Shown here: in pieces, positions 35,637 through 47,002 of the stretch
Numbering within the stretch: the first letter of the stretch is position 1
How the letters are laid out: every line of letters begins with the position of its first letter
Origin: Scenedesmus sp. PABB004
Taxonomy: Eukaryota
DNA: 64,000 nt
Direction: 5' to 3'
Assembly (NCBI GenBank): GCA_014905635.1
Contig: CM026547.1
Location: 434,001 to 498,000 of the forward strand
Notes under the pieces: model-generated
Told to the model about the DNA's origin: nothing
Database searches by the model: none
The model's input: only the letters and a program-made list of their open reading frames with translations
Program-made: the position numbers and the translations under genes

Positions 35637-35677
35637 TGCGGCGCTGCCGGGCGCCCTGCGGCGGCGACGGCGAGCGT

Positions 35678-36113
35678 TGGCGCTGCGCCGCCGCTTGACC
35701 GCCGCGTCGTCGCGCGGCCCCGCGCCGCACGCCAGCCGCGCTGCGCTTCGCGGCCGTAGCGCACCGTGATCAGCAGCTTCGGCGCGCGGGCGCGGCGCGA
35801 GAGTGTCGCGGCCGGCCGCGAGCGCCGGCCACGCGAGCAGCGGCGGGCGCGCCGCGCCTGGGGTGCGGCGTGGCGGGCGGCGAGCGTGGCAGGGGTGGAG
35901 GGCGTCAGCCCGTCGAGGTGTGTGGCCGTGCAGGAGTGGTGCGGGGCGGCCCAGCGCGGCGGTGCGGGGCGGCGCTGCGCCGCCGCTTGACCGCCGCGTC
36001 GCCGCGCGGCCCTGCGCCGCACGCCCGCCGCGCTGCGCTTCGCGGCCGGAGCGCACCGTGATCAGCAGCTTCGGCGCGCGGGCGCGGCGCGCGGGAGTGT
36101 CGGCCGCGAGCGC
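35678..36113 (+). repeat. ~145-bp direct repeat pair (35678-35825 / 35970-36113) upstream of the LAGLIDADG gene
   Basis: ggcgctgcgccgccgcttgaccgccgcgtcg...gcaccgtgatcagcagcttcggcgcgcgggcgcggcgcg present twice. Confidence 0.9.
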
Positions 36114-36152
36114 GGGGCGCGCGAGCTGCAGCGGGCGCGCCGGGCCTCCCGA

Positions 36153-36207
36153 CTGCACCAAGGGCGGGGCGGCGACCGGCGCAAACTGCTGGGTTAGGAT
36201 GTGCGGC
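36153..36207 (+). repeat. Direct repeat of the LAGLIDADG gene 3' end (34099-34160)
   Basis: actgcacc.aggg.ggggcggcga...ccggcgcaaa.tgctgggt.aggatgtgcggc; translates [18 protein letters not shown] vs [20 protein letters not shown]. Confidence 0.9.
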
Positions 36208-36241
36208 CGGGCCCCGTCCAAAGCTGCCGTCATGTTACAGT

Positions 36242-36625
36242 CCGCCGCCGGACGCGCCGCGCGCCGCGCTGCGCCTGCTGCGCCCAGGCCGCGGCCGCCT
36301 CCCAGCCCGCGCGCGGCGGCGGCGGCGCACCGGATGCCCTCCACGTCGGTCGCAAAGCCCGGCAGCCGCGGCACGGTGACGACGCGCGCGTCGTTGACGG
36401 CGGCGTCAAACGCGTACATCGTGAACGTGGGCGGGCAGTCCACGATCGCGTCGCCCGGCTCCAGCGTGCAGCGCATCAGCAGGTCGATCAGCTCGTCCGC
36501 GCCGCAGCCGACCTGCCGTGGCAACGGCAGCGGTAGATGTGGGGGAAGGGCATCGCCGCGAGCGCCTCGCGCACCTCGGGCGGCGGGCTGTACGGATTTT
36601 CGTTGGCGTCGAGCTTCACTACGTC
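36242..36625 (-). pseudogene. Inverted partial copy of hisC (source 25650-26249, with ~200-bp internal deletion)
   Basis: [29 protein letters not shown] and [15 protein letters not shown]...VEGIR, plus intron sequence. Confidence 0.93.
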
Positions 36626-36627
36626 AG

Positions 36628-37360
36628 CCGTCTCGGAGCTGACGTACGCGTCCGCGGCCATGCCGACCTTGGGGCCCGCGCCGACATAGTCGGACCTGCA
36701 GGGCAGGCATGGCCAGGCGGCGCGGGGTCGGTCGCGCGTGCCGCGGCGGCGGTGCGCGTGCAGGGCTGGCCCGCCAGCGCTCCCCGGCGCGCGTGCAGCC
36801 CTCGGCGCCGGCGGCCGGCCGCCGGACGCGTGCGGCCTCCTGTGCACGCGCGGGCGGGGCGCCGCCGCGGCGCACCGCGGTGTCGCGCAGGCGGCGCGCG
36901 AGCTCCTCCGCGCTCGGCGGCGCGCCGCCGGGGGCGTCGACCAGGCCCGTCAGGTGGCGGACGTCGGTGGAGCCCGGCACGCGCGTCACGGTCTCGCCCT
37001 GGCTCACCGTGTCCATGGCGCCGCCCTGCGCGCGCGCGGCGGGCGGCGGCGGAGCGGCCAGCGGTCGGCGGGCTGGGCCGCCGCCGCTGCCGGCGGCGGC
37101 GGCGGCAGCGGGCGCGCGCCTGGTTGACCAGCACCGGCATCGTGGTGACGATGCTGCTGCCGAGGTTGACCGCCGGCATCTTGTACGCCGCCGCGAGGCC
37201 GCCCTGCGGCACGCGCGCGGCCGCGCGCCGCACAGCGTGCGCGGCGGGGCGTCAGACAGCGGGGGCGGTGCGCGCGGGCGCGAGGCGACACGCGCGCGCA
37301 CACGCGTGTGTGTGCGCGGCGTGGCACAGGCACGCGGCGGCGCGGCCGCACCTGGATGAG
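36628..37360 (-). pseudogene. Inverted partial copy of the HSP20-like gene (source about 31494-32453, one exon deleted), fused to the hisC fragment
   Basis: YKMPAVNLGSSIVTTMPVLVNQ, GGAMDTVSQGETVTRVPGSTDVRHLTGLV and SDYVGAGPKVGM exons with their introns. Confidence 0.93.
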
Positions 37361-37741
37361 GTTGACCGCGCACTAGGTGGGTGACCGCCGGCGGCAGCGC
37401 ACGCTGACGCCCGCCGCGGGCGGGCGCGGCGCAGCAGCCGGCGGGACAGAGGCGCCAAGGTCGCGTTTGAGGTGCTGCGCCCGGCCGCCGCGGTGCGCGC
37501 ACTGCCGGCTGCGCTGCGTGCTCTGACCCGCCCGACGACTACCAGCCGCGCCCCGACGGCCGCTGCGCCGTTTAGCCCACCCGTAGTCTCGCGTCCCAGC
37601 AAGCTCCAGGAACTCCACCCCAACCTCTGCTGCGGCGGCGGGCGGCGCCGGCGCCCGGTCCGCCGCTCGCGCGCGTGGCCGGCGCTGGCCAGCTGGAGCC
37701 ACCCGGCAGCCCCGGACGCAGCGCGGGCACCCCGCGCGCCG

Positions 37742-37852
37742 CCGGCGGCAGCAGCGGCGGCCTGGGCAGCCCGCGCGCCGTCGCCGGCGGCAGCGGCGGC
37801 CTGGGCAGCCTGCGCGCCGCAGGCAGCAGCAGCGGCGGCCTGGGCAGCCCGT
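37742..37852 (+). repeat. Three ~35-bp tandem units (gcagcggcggcctgggcagcc core)
   Basis: Direct inspection. Confidence 0.8.
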
Positions 37853-37989
37853 GCGCGGCAGGTGAGCCCAAGTAACACGCGGGCCCACATCCGCTGCGAG
37901 TGCTGTCGAGCGCGGCCGGGCCCCGTCCAAAGCTGCCGCCGCTGCGTGCCAGCGCCGATCAGCGCCGCGCGCGCGCCGTCCAGGCCACC

Positions 37990-40900
37990 ATGCAGCAGTC
38001 CCTGCGCGGCGCGGCCCGGAGCGCGAGCGCGAGCGCCCCGCGTGCCACGCTCCACGCTGCCCCGCGACTGGCGGGCGCGTCCGCGCGCGGCGCGCGGGCC
38101 ACGCCAGCCCTGGCGCGCCAGGGCGGCCCCCGGAGCCATGCCACAATCGTGAAGGCCGTCGCGGAGGCTGTGGAGAACAGGACCGACAACCAGGGCCTGG
38201 TGCGCGCAATTGGCGCGCCGCGGCGCCAATGGGCGCGGCGTGGCGGCCATGCGGGCCGGCGCGGGGCGCGCGCGCGCCGCTGCCGCTGCCGCCCGGCGCT
38301 GCCCCCCGCCGCCGCCGCGGCCCTCCCGCTCCGGCGCCCGGCCCGCCCTCCCGGCCGCCGGCCGCCCTCGCCGGCCGTATCGCGCCGCGCCGCCCGCCGC
38401 CCACGCTCGCTGCGCCGCCGCGCCAGGCGCTGTACGAGGTCGATCCGCAGCTGCTGCAGCACCGCGACCACCTGGACTACCGGTGGAACCAGTTCTGCGA
38501 CGTCAAGGGCAACATCGAGCGCAACGTCGGCTCGCTCGCCGAGTTTGCCAAGGCGCGGCGCGGCGCGGCCGCGCGCGGGAGCCCTGGCGCGCGCCCGCGC
38601 CGCGCTCCCTCCCGCAGGGCGCCGCGCCGCGCCGCCGCGCGCGCCGCGCCGCCCTCACGCGCGCCCCGCCGCCGCCTTGCCCGCCTCCCGCCCCGCTGTC
38701 CCTCCCGCCTGCTGTCCCGCGCTCAGGGCTATGAGAGCTTTGGCATTGTGCGCAAGGGCAACAAGACCGTCTACCGCGAGTGGGCGCCCGGCGCGCAGGC
38801 CTGCGCCCTCATCGGTGCGGCGCGCGCCCGCCTGCCGGCGCGCGGCGCGGCGCGGCGGCGCGGCGGCGCAGGGCGCGGCGCGGCGCAGGGCGCGGCGCGC
38901 CGGCGCGCGTGGCTCGGGCGCCGCCACCGACGCCGACGCGCGGCGCCGCGTGGGCCGCGCCGCGCAGGCGACTTCAACAACTGGGAGCCCACATGGATGA
39001 ACAAGGATGAGTGGGGCGTGTGGAGCGTGGAGCTGCCCGACGGTGCGCGGCCGCCAGCAGCGGTAGCAGCAGCGCCGGGGGCCGCAGCGCCAGCGGAGAC
39101 AGCGCCAGCGGGACAGCAGCAGCGGCAGCGGCGAGCAGCGGCCCTCGCCGCCGCGCGCGCGCCCCTCACCGCGCCCCGCCCCTCCCTCCGCCGCCGCCGC
39201 CGCGCCGCGCGCGGCGCGCAGGCCCCGACGGCGCGCCCGCGATCCCGCACGGCAGCCGCGTCAAGGTGCGCATGCAGAGCTTTGGCGACTGGTGGGTCGA
39301 CCGCGTGCCCGCGTGGGTGCGCTATGCGACCATCCCAGAGGGCGTCATGGGCGCCAAGTACGATGGCGTGCACTGGGACCCGCCGCGCGGCGAGCGCCAC
39401 GTGTGGTAAGTTGTTGCCCACGCCGCGCGCCGGCAACGCGCGCGCGCCGGCGGCGCCGCGCGCGCGCGCCGTGGACGCGCCGCCTCGCGCGGCGACGGCC
39501 CGCCGCGGCCGCGCCGGCCCACGCACGCGCCCGCGCCGCGCCTTTTGCGCCGCGCCGCGCAGGCGCAACAAGCGCCCCGGGCGGCCGTCCAGCCTGCGCA
39601 TCTACGAGGCCCACGTGGGCATGAGCGGCGAGGACGAGCGCGTGAGCACGTACGCCGAGTTTCGCGACAACGTGCTGCCCCGCATCGCCAAGCAGGGCTA
39701 CACCGCGGTGCAGCTCATGGCCATCCAGGCGCGCGGCTGCGCGGCGGCAGCAGCGGCGCGGCGGCGGCGGCGGCGGGCAGGGCAGGGCAGGGCAGGGCAG
39801 TCGGCGGGGCCCGCGGCTGCCCTCACACTCTCGCCTCCACCCCTCGCCCTCACCCCACACGCCCGCCACCCCTGTCACGCCCACCCACACCCACCCACAC
39901 ACCACACCCACCCACCCACCCACACCGCAGGAGCACGCGTACTATGCGTCGTTCGGGTACCACGTGACCAACCCCTTTGCGCCGAGCAGCCGCAGCGGCA
40001 ACCCGGAGGACCTCAAGTCCCTCGTCGATGCGGCGCACGGGCTGGGCCTCGTGGTGCTGCTCGACGTCGTGCACAGCCACATCAGCTCCAACGCCGACGA
40101 CGGCCTCGCGGGTGCGGCGGCGCTCGCGCTTGCGGGGGCGCGCGCGCGTGTGCTCCTGTCTGCGCGTGCGCGGCGCGCGGCCGCCCGCCGAGCCGCCGCT
40201 GAGCCGCCGAGCCGCCGCCCGCGCGTCCCGCCGCGGCCGGCCGCGCAGGCTTTGACCTCGGCCAGGCCCAGGACTGCAACTACTTCCGCTCCGGCGAGGC
40301 GGGCTACCACAAGCTCTGGGACTCCCGGTGCGCGCGGCGGCGGCGGCGCCGCCCGCCCGCCCGCCGCCGCCCGCCCGCCCGCGCACGCCGCCGCACGCCC
40401 CCGCCCGCTCTCCCGCGCACCCGCCCGCCATCCGCCCCACCCTCCCGCCGCGCCGCGCCGCCGCGCCGCCGCCAGGCTGCTCAACTACGGGCACTGGGAG
40501 GTTCAGCGCTACCTGCTGTCCAACCTGCGCTACTGGCTGGAGGAGTTCCAGTTTGACGGCTTCAGGTGCGGGCTGGCCCCGCCGCGCTGCCCGCCTCTCC
40601 CTCTCCCTCCCTCGCTCCCTCCCTCCCTCTCAGCCTCCCGCCCTGCCTCTCCCTCCCCTGCCTCTCCCTCTCCCTCTCCCTCCCCTGCCGCCTCTCCCTC
40701 CCCGCCGCGCGCCGCCCCCGCTCACCGCCCGGCCGCGCTCCCCTAAACCCTGCAGGTTTGACGGCGTGACGAGCATGCTGTACCACCACCACGGCATCGA
40801 CACCGCCTTCAGCGGCGGCTACCACGAGTACTTTGGCCCCCAGGCGGACGTCGAGGCGGCGGTGTACCTCATGATGGCAAACGCGATGATTCACGACATC

Positions 40901-42895
40901 CTGCCCGACGTGCGGCGCGCGTGACCGCGTGGCTTTGTCCTTGCGTGTGTTTGTGTGTCTGTCTGTCTGTTGTTTGACCGCCGGCGCCGCAGCTGCAGCC
41001 GCGCCCGACGCCGGCTGCGGCTGCGGCGCCGGCGCCGGCGCCGGCGGTGGAGCAAACAGCAGCGGCCGCCGCGGGCGCGCGCGCGCGCGCCCGCCCCACG
41101 CCGCTCATCCCGCCGCGCGCGCGCGCACCCGCCTCACGCCGCCGCGTCGCCGCTGCCGGGCGCGCAGGCGATCACGATCGCGGAGGACGTGAGCGGCATG
41201 CCCTCGCTCTGCCGCCCCGTGGCCGAGGGCGGGCTGGGCTTTGACTACCGCCTCAACATGGCCATCCCTGACACCTGGATCAAGTGCGCGCCTTGCTGAC
41301 GCGCGCCCCGCCGCCGCCGCGCCGTCCGCGCCGCGCCGCACGACCGCCTCCACCTCCCCGCACCCACCACCTCGCGCTTACCACCCCGCCGTCTGCCGTC
41401 CGCGCTCGCCGCGCGCGCCGCGCCCCGCGCCAGGCTGCTGAAGCACGTGCGCGACGAGGACTGGAGCATGATGGAGATCGTCAACGCGCTCTGCAACCGG
41501 CGCTACAGCGAGAAGACCGTCGCCTACGCGGAGAGCCACGACCAGGCGCTGGTGCGGCGCGCGCGGCGCGGCGGCGCCGGCGTGCGGCGCGGCGGCGCCG
41601 GCGTGCTGCGCGGCGGCGGCGCGGCGGCGGCGCGGCGGCGCGCCGGCGGCGCGGTCGCAGCAGGCGGCGCGGCGCGAGGGCCCGGAGGACTGGGGAGAGG
41701 GAGTGCAGCGCGGCCGGCGGCAGCCGGTGACGCGCTGTTCTTTTGGTTCCTGACCAGCGTCGCGTCGCGTGCCGTGTGCCGCGTGCCGCGTCGCGCCGCA
41801 GGTCGGGGACAAGACGATCGCGATGTGGCTGTTTGACGCTGAGATGTATACCAACATGTCGACGCTCAACGAGACCACGCCCGTGGTCGAGCGCGGCATG
41901 GCGCTGCACAAGCTCATCCGCGGCGTGACCATCGCGCTCGGCGGCGAGGCGTGGTGCGCGGCCGCGCGGCGCGCGGCGCGCACACCGCACGCGCACGCAC
42001 GGTTGCGCGCCCCTGGCCCGCTGCACCCAGAACCGCCCCAAAACCACGCTGACCCGCTGAACCCCGCTGAACCCCGCTGAACCCCGCTGAACCCCGCTGA
42101 ACCCCGCTGAACCCCGCTGAACCCCGCTGAACCCCGCTGAACCCCGCAGGCTCAACTTCATGGGCAACGAGTTTGGCCACCCCGAGTGGCTCGACTTCCC
42201 GCGCGAGGGCAACGACTGGAGCCACCAGCACTGCCGGTGCGCGCCCCGGGCGCCCGCCCGCGCGCCGCCGCCGCGCGCCCCGGCCCCCGCCGCCGCCGCG
42301 GCCGCTCGCCCGCCCGCGCTCGACCCCGCCGCGTGCGTGCGCCTCCTCACGCCCTGCGCCCTAAACCGCGCAGGCGCCAGTGGAGCCTGGTCGACACCGA
42401 GCACATGCGGTACTGCCAGCTCAGCGCGTGGGACCGCGCGCTGATGGAGCTCGACGCGGCGACCGGCTTCATGACCAGCCAGCGCCAGTGGGTCACCACG
42501 ATCGACCAGGAGAAGCAGGTGCGGGCGCGCTTCAAACGCGGTTCAAACGCGGTTCAAAACCCGGTTCGAACGCGCGCGCGGCGGAGTGGCGGGGCTGGAG
42601 CCGGGCGCCTGGCGGCCGCCCACACGCGCCGCCCGCGGCGCCGCGGCGTCGTCCGCTGCGCGTGCGCGCAGGTGCTCGTCGCGGAGCGCGGGCCGCTGGT
42701 GTTTGTGTTCAACTTCCACCCCCACGAGGACTACGAGGGGCTCAAGGTCCCCGCGCCCGAGCCGGGTGAGGCCCTGAGCACGCCCAGACGCCCCCGCCGC
42801 GGGGGCAGGCGTCTGCCGCAGCGCGGCCGCGGGCTGGGGGAGGAGGCCCGGCCGCGGCGCGCGCGCCGCGCAGGCGCCGCCCGCGCCGCCGACCG

Positions 42896-42926
<31 letters not shown>

Positions 42927-43569
42927 ACCAGGCAAGTACAAGGTCGCGCTCGACAGCGACGCGTGGCACTTTGGCGGCGCGGGCCGCATCCACTGGGACG
43001 GCGAGCACTTCACCACGCCCGCGGCGGACGAGGAGGGCGGCAAGTTCCACGAGCGCGACCAGTACTTCCAGGCGAGCCAGGGTTTAGGGCCGAGGGGTGT
43101 AGGGCCGAGGGCTCGGCCTGCTCTCGCGCGCCTGCTGGCGCCAGGCCAGAGCAGGTCGTGCGCGCCGCCGCCGCGGCCGCCGCGCTCACGCTCGCGCCGC
43201 CCGCCCGCCGCCGCGCAGGTGCTCGCGCCGTCGCGCACGCTCGTGGGGTACATGCGGGAGGAGGACCAGCAGCAGCAGCAGCAGCAGCACCCCTGGCAGC
43301 AGAGCCGCGGCGGCGGCGGCGGCGAGGGCGGCGGCGGGCGGTTCAGCGCCTACATCCAGAGCCGCGAGGGCTCCGGCGCGGGCGGCGGCGGCAGCGGCGG
43401 CGCGGGCGGCGAGGGCGGGCGCTTTGCCGCGTACATCGCGCAGCGCGAGGGCGGCAACGGCGGCAGCGGCAACGGCAACGGCAACGGCGCGCACGCGAGC
43501 GGCGGCGGCGGCGGCGGCGAGCGCTTCGGCTCCATTATCAAGGAGCGCTACGGCGGCCGCGGGCTGTGA
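37990..43569 (+). CDS. SBE: 1,4-alpha-glucan (starch) branching enzyme, GH13_8, chloroplast, 18 exons
   Basis: [34 protein letters not shown] (nucleophile), IAEDVSG (acid/base), [25 protein letters not shown]; all junctions in frame; TGTAA at 43933. Confidence 0.97.
42055..42149 (+). repeat. 10-bp minisatellite (gaaccccgct)x9 at the 3' end of an SBE intron
   Basis: Perfect tandem array whose last unit ends in the CAG acceptor. Confidence 0.95.
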
Positions 43570-44090
43570 GGCGGCGGGGCGTGCGGGGCCGCGGGGCGCC
43601 GGGGCTGGCGCGGGGCAGCGGCGGCCGCGGCGGGCGCGCGGCGCGGCGGGCGCGCCCGCAGCGGGCGCGGCGCTGGCGCCGCGGGCGGTCGCGCATGTTG
43701 TACAGACAACACATACAGGCAGCCCGGCGGGAGGGGAGGCCCGTGCGGGGGTGCCTCCCGCGGGCGTTGGAGTGACCTTGGCCAAACTGAGGGCGGGGGG
43801 CGGAGGGGCATTGCGAGCGGCGTCTGGGGCCGCGCTCCGGGTTGGGCACGGCACTCGTTGAGCGCGGCGCCAGAGCCTTCACACATCAGGCTTGGTGCGG
43901 CGGCGCGGCGCTCGCGGCGGCGCGGGCGGCCGTGTAAATGCATCGCAGGAAGCGAGGCTGGTTACCTGGCTGCGGCGCTCGCTGCTCGTGCTGCTGCTCG
44001 TGCTGCTGCTGCCGCTGCCGCCGCAGCCGCCGCAACCGGGCCACGAGCAGAAACCAAAGAAAAAGCCGCCAGCTGCTGCACCGCCGCGGC

Positions 44091-45055
44091 TCAGAAGAAG
44101 GGCACGCCCGCGCGCCACTCCAGCGCGGCGAGGACGGCGAATCCCAGCATCGCCGCGCGCCCGTTGGTTAACTCTGCTCGCGGCGAAAACACACCTGCGC
44201 CCGCGGCGGCGCCCGCGGCGGCGGCGGCGGCGGGGGGTCGGGCTCCTCGCGTGCGGCGCCGCGCGGCTCGTCGGCCCGCGCCGCCGCGCCGCGCCGCGCC
44301 GCGCCGCGCCGCGCCGCGCCCCCGCGCGGCGGACACGCACCGAACGCCTCGTGCCGCGCGCCCTTGAGCATGGGGACGAGCGAGGCGTAGACGATGAGCC
44401 CGAGCGCCGCCCACACCGCCGGCGGCGTGTCGGCGAGCTGCGCGGCGAGCGGCGCGCCCGTGACGGCCTCGCGCCGCGCGGCCGCGAGGATGCCGACCAT
44501 CGCCAGCCTCGACTGGATGAGCTCGGGGCCTGCGGCACCGCGGCGGCGGCGCGGCGCGGCACGGTGCGGCGCGGCGCACTGGGCTGCGCAGCGCGGCGCG
44601 CGGGCGCGGCGCGGCGCGGCGTGTGTGGGCGGCGCGAGCGCCTCGCTGGCCCCTCCCCGCCGAGCTGCTCGCTCGCCTGGGCCGTTGAATTTCATCACGT
44701 CTGAGAGAGGAGGCGGGCGCACGCACGGCGCGGGCGGCGGGGTGAGCCGCAGGGGCGCGGGCCGGCCGGCGGCGCGGCCGACCCCCCGGCGCGCACCGAA
44801 AAAGCTCCGGCCCGGCGGCGGCAGCGGCGGCGCGGCCGGCGGCGGGGGCGGCGACGACGGCAACGGCTGCGGCACGGCGGCCGGGCTCGCGGGGCGCGCC
44901 TCCGGCGCCGCGCGCGGCACCGCCGGCGGCGCCGCCGGCTGCTGCTGCTGTGGCCGCTGCCAGGGGCAGGGGCAGACGCCACGCGCGAGCCGCGCCGGTC
45001 GCGCGTGCGAGGGAGCTGCGGGCCGCTGCGGCGACGCGCGCGGCGCAGACTGCAT
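44091..45055 (-). CDS. ELIP: Early light-induced protein / Cbr-like (LHC superfamily), 4 exons
   Basis: DVMKFNGPGPELIQSRLAMVG and AELTNGRAAMLGF chlorophyll-binding helices. Confidence 0.9.
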
Positions 45056-45681
45056 GGTGAGAGCGGCGGCGAGGCGCGGCGAGCAGCGCGTGGCTGTCGG
45101 CGGCGCGGCGTGTGTGGCCGGGCTGCGGCGGCGGCGAATTGGGCGGCGCCGGCGTGGTCGCGGAGGTCTGACTGCGTCAGGGAGCGGCGCGGCGGGGTCT
45201 GGGGCGGCGCGCCTGCGAGCGTGGGCAGGAGCAGCGCAGATGGCGAGGGCGCAAGTGCGCAGCGGCCGTAACACACCCGCCCGCGCTGACACACGCCCTG
45301 CACCGCTCCAACCACCCGGCGGCGAGCGTCTGCGCCGCCGCGTGCCGCCGCTGCGCGGCTGGTCAGCTGCTTGGGGCTGCGCGCGGCCGCTGGTGCGTTG
45401 CAGCTCTCTCTCGCCCTGGTCGTGTGCAGCTCGACGCGCAGCGGCACACAGCGCCGCCGCGCCGGTCACCTCACAATCCGGCCGCCACTGGTCCCGGCCG
45501 TGGCTTGACGCGCGCGCGCTTGCCGCTCGACGCGCGAAAGAAAAATCCAGCGCGCGCGCTGTCAGTGTCTCGCGCCCGCTCCTGCACAGCAAAACCCCCG
45601 CGCCGCGCGGCCGCTTTGCCCGGCGACGATCCGCCCCACGCTGCGCCCCCAACGCTGCCGCCGCTGCCCCCGCAGCGTCCG

Positions 45682-46699
45682 CTACTTGATGTACCCGTCC
45701 ATGCGGTCTTGCTGCTCGGCCGCCTCGTTCGCGGCGTTCACGCCCTTCAGGAAGAGGAACGCTGATGTGCGGGCGGCGGCGGGAGCATCGCATGCGGCGG
45801 GCGAGGCGGGTGCGCGTCGGCGCGGCGCGGCGGCGGCGCGGCGCGGCTGTGGTCGCGCGGCGCGCGGCGCCGCGCAGCGCGCGGCGCCGCGCGTGAGACC
45901 CCCGCACCCGCGGTCGGCAGGCCGGTGAATGCAAAGAGCCCCAGCACGGGCGCCCAGAGCGGGCTGTCGGGCTGGATGACGCCAAACACTGGGTTGCCGC
46001 CAAAGTACTCAAACACAGACCCCACCTGGTGCGGCGCGCGCGGTGCGGCGCGGGGGGCGTCGGTCGGCTCGGCCGCGGGCGCCGGACGAGCCCGCGCCGC
46101 CGCGCGCTGGCGCCCGGGTCGCCGCGCCGCGTGCCGCGCGCCGCACCGAGGCGATGGCCACGAAGCAGGACAGGAGCAGGTAGAGCGGCCAGGGCAGCTC
46201 GCCCTTGCGGCCCGCCGCGGCCTCGCGCTCGCGCTCGCGGCGCACCCAGATCGGCTCCTCCTCGCCCGGCGGCTGCTGCGGCTGCTGCGGCGGCGCCGTC
46301 GTCTGCGTGTGCGCGGGGGACGCGGCGGCGGCGGCGGCGACCGCGTGGGCGGCGCGGCGCGCGCCGCCGGCGGCAGCAGCAGCGGCGAGCGCTGCAACGC
46401 CCGCCGTGTCGCGGCCGGCCGTCGGCGCCGGCATGCGGGCCGCCAGTCCGCGTGCGGCAGCGGGCCCTGCGGGCCCTGCGGGCGTGGGGCCCTGCCGCGC
46501 CCGGGCGCCCCACCTGCGCGCCAGACGGCCCCGCGCCCTCCTCCTCTGGCGAGGCGCGCACGCGCAGCGCCAGCGGCCGCCCGCCCGCGGCGCTCGGCCG
46601 CGCAGCTGCTGCCCCGAGCGCCCCGCCGGCGCGCCGGTCGGCGCGCCGGTCGGCGAGCGGGCGCAGGCCCGCCAGGCGCGGCGAGGGCGAGAGCAGCAT
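45682..46699 (-). CDS. Conserved green-lineage chloroplast membrane protein of unknown function, 4 exons
   Basis: Transit peptide; EEPIWVRRE..ELPWPLYLLLS..VAIASVGSVFEY...NPVFGVI.PDSP.WAPVLG.F.FTGLP..AFLF.K.V.AAN..AE.QD..DGY. Confidence 0.8.
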
Positions 46700-47002
46700 C
46701 GCGCTTGTGTGCCCCCGCGTGCAGTGCGCTGGCCGTGGGGCTGGGCGCTGCGACTGGCTGGCAGGTGGGGCGGGGCGCTGTGGCGGCGCCGGCGCGCGCC
46801 GCCGGGCGAGAGATTGTCGGTGCGGCGCGCCTGTAGCGGCGGTCCGCTGAAGCGCCGCGCCCCGCCGCTCCGAAAGCTTCCCCGCGGCGCTCTACACACG
46901 CTCCCCCTCAGTTTCAGTGCAGAGCAGCACCAGCACCAGCGCGCGCGCCGCCGCGCGCCGCCGCGAGTGACCGCGCTGCTGCGCCGCTCAGCGCGCCCAG
47001 CA

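Noticed and set aside
37365..37400. Possible Helitron 3' end on the minus strand (ccgccggcgg palindrome, 8 nt, CTAG|T)
   Set aside because: GC palindromes are ubiquitous here, there is no Rep/helicase, and this orientation would place the captured fragments outside the element
37440..37630. Exon-like minus-strand peptides (EVGVEFLELAGTRDYGWAK; HLKRDLGASVPP)
   Set aside because: No coherent gene model or recognisable homology; may be further relic fragments
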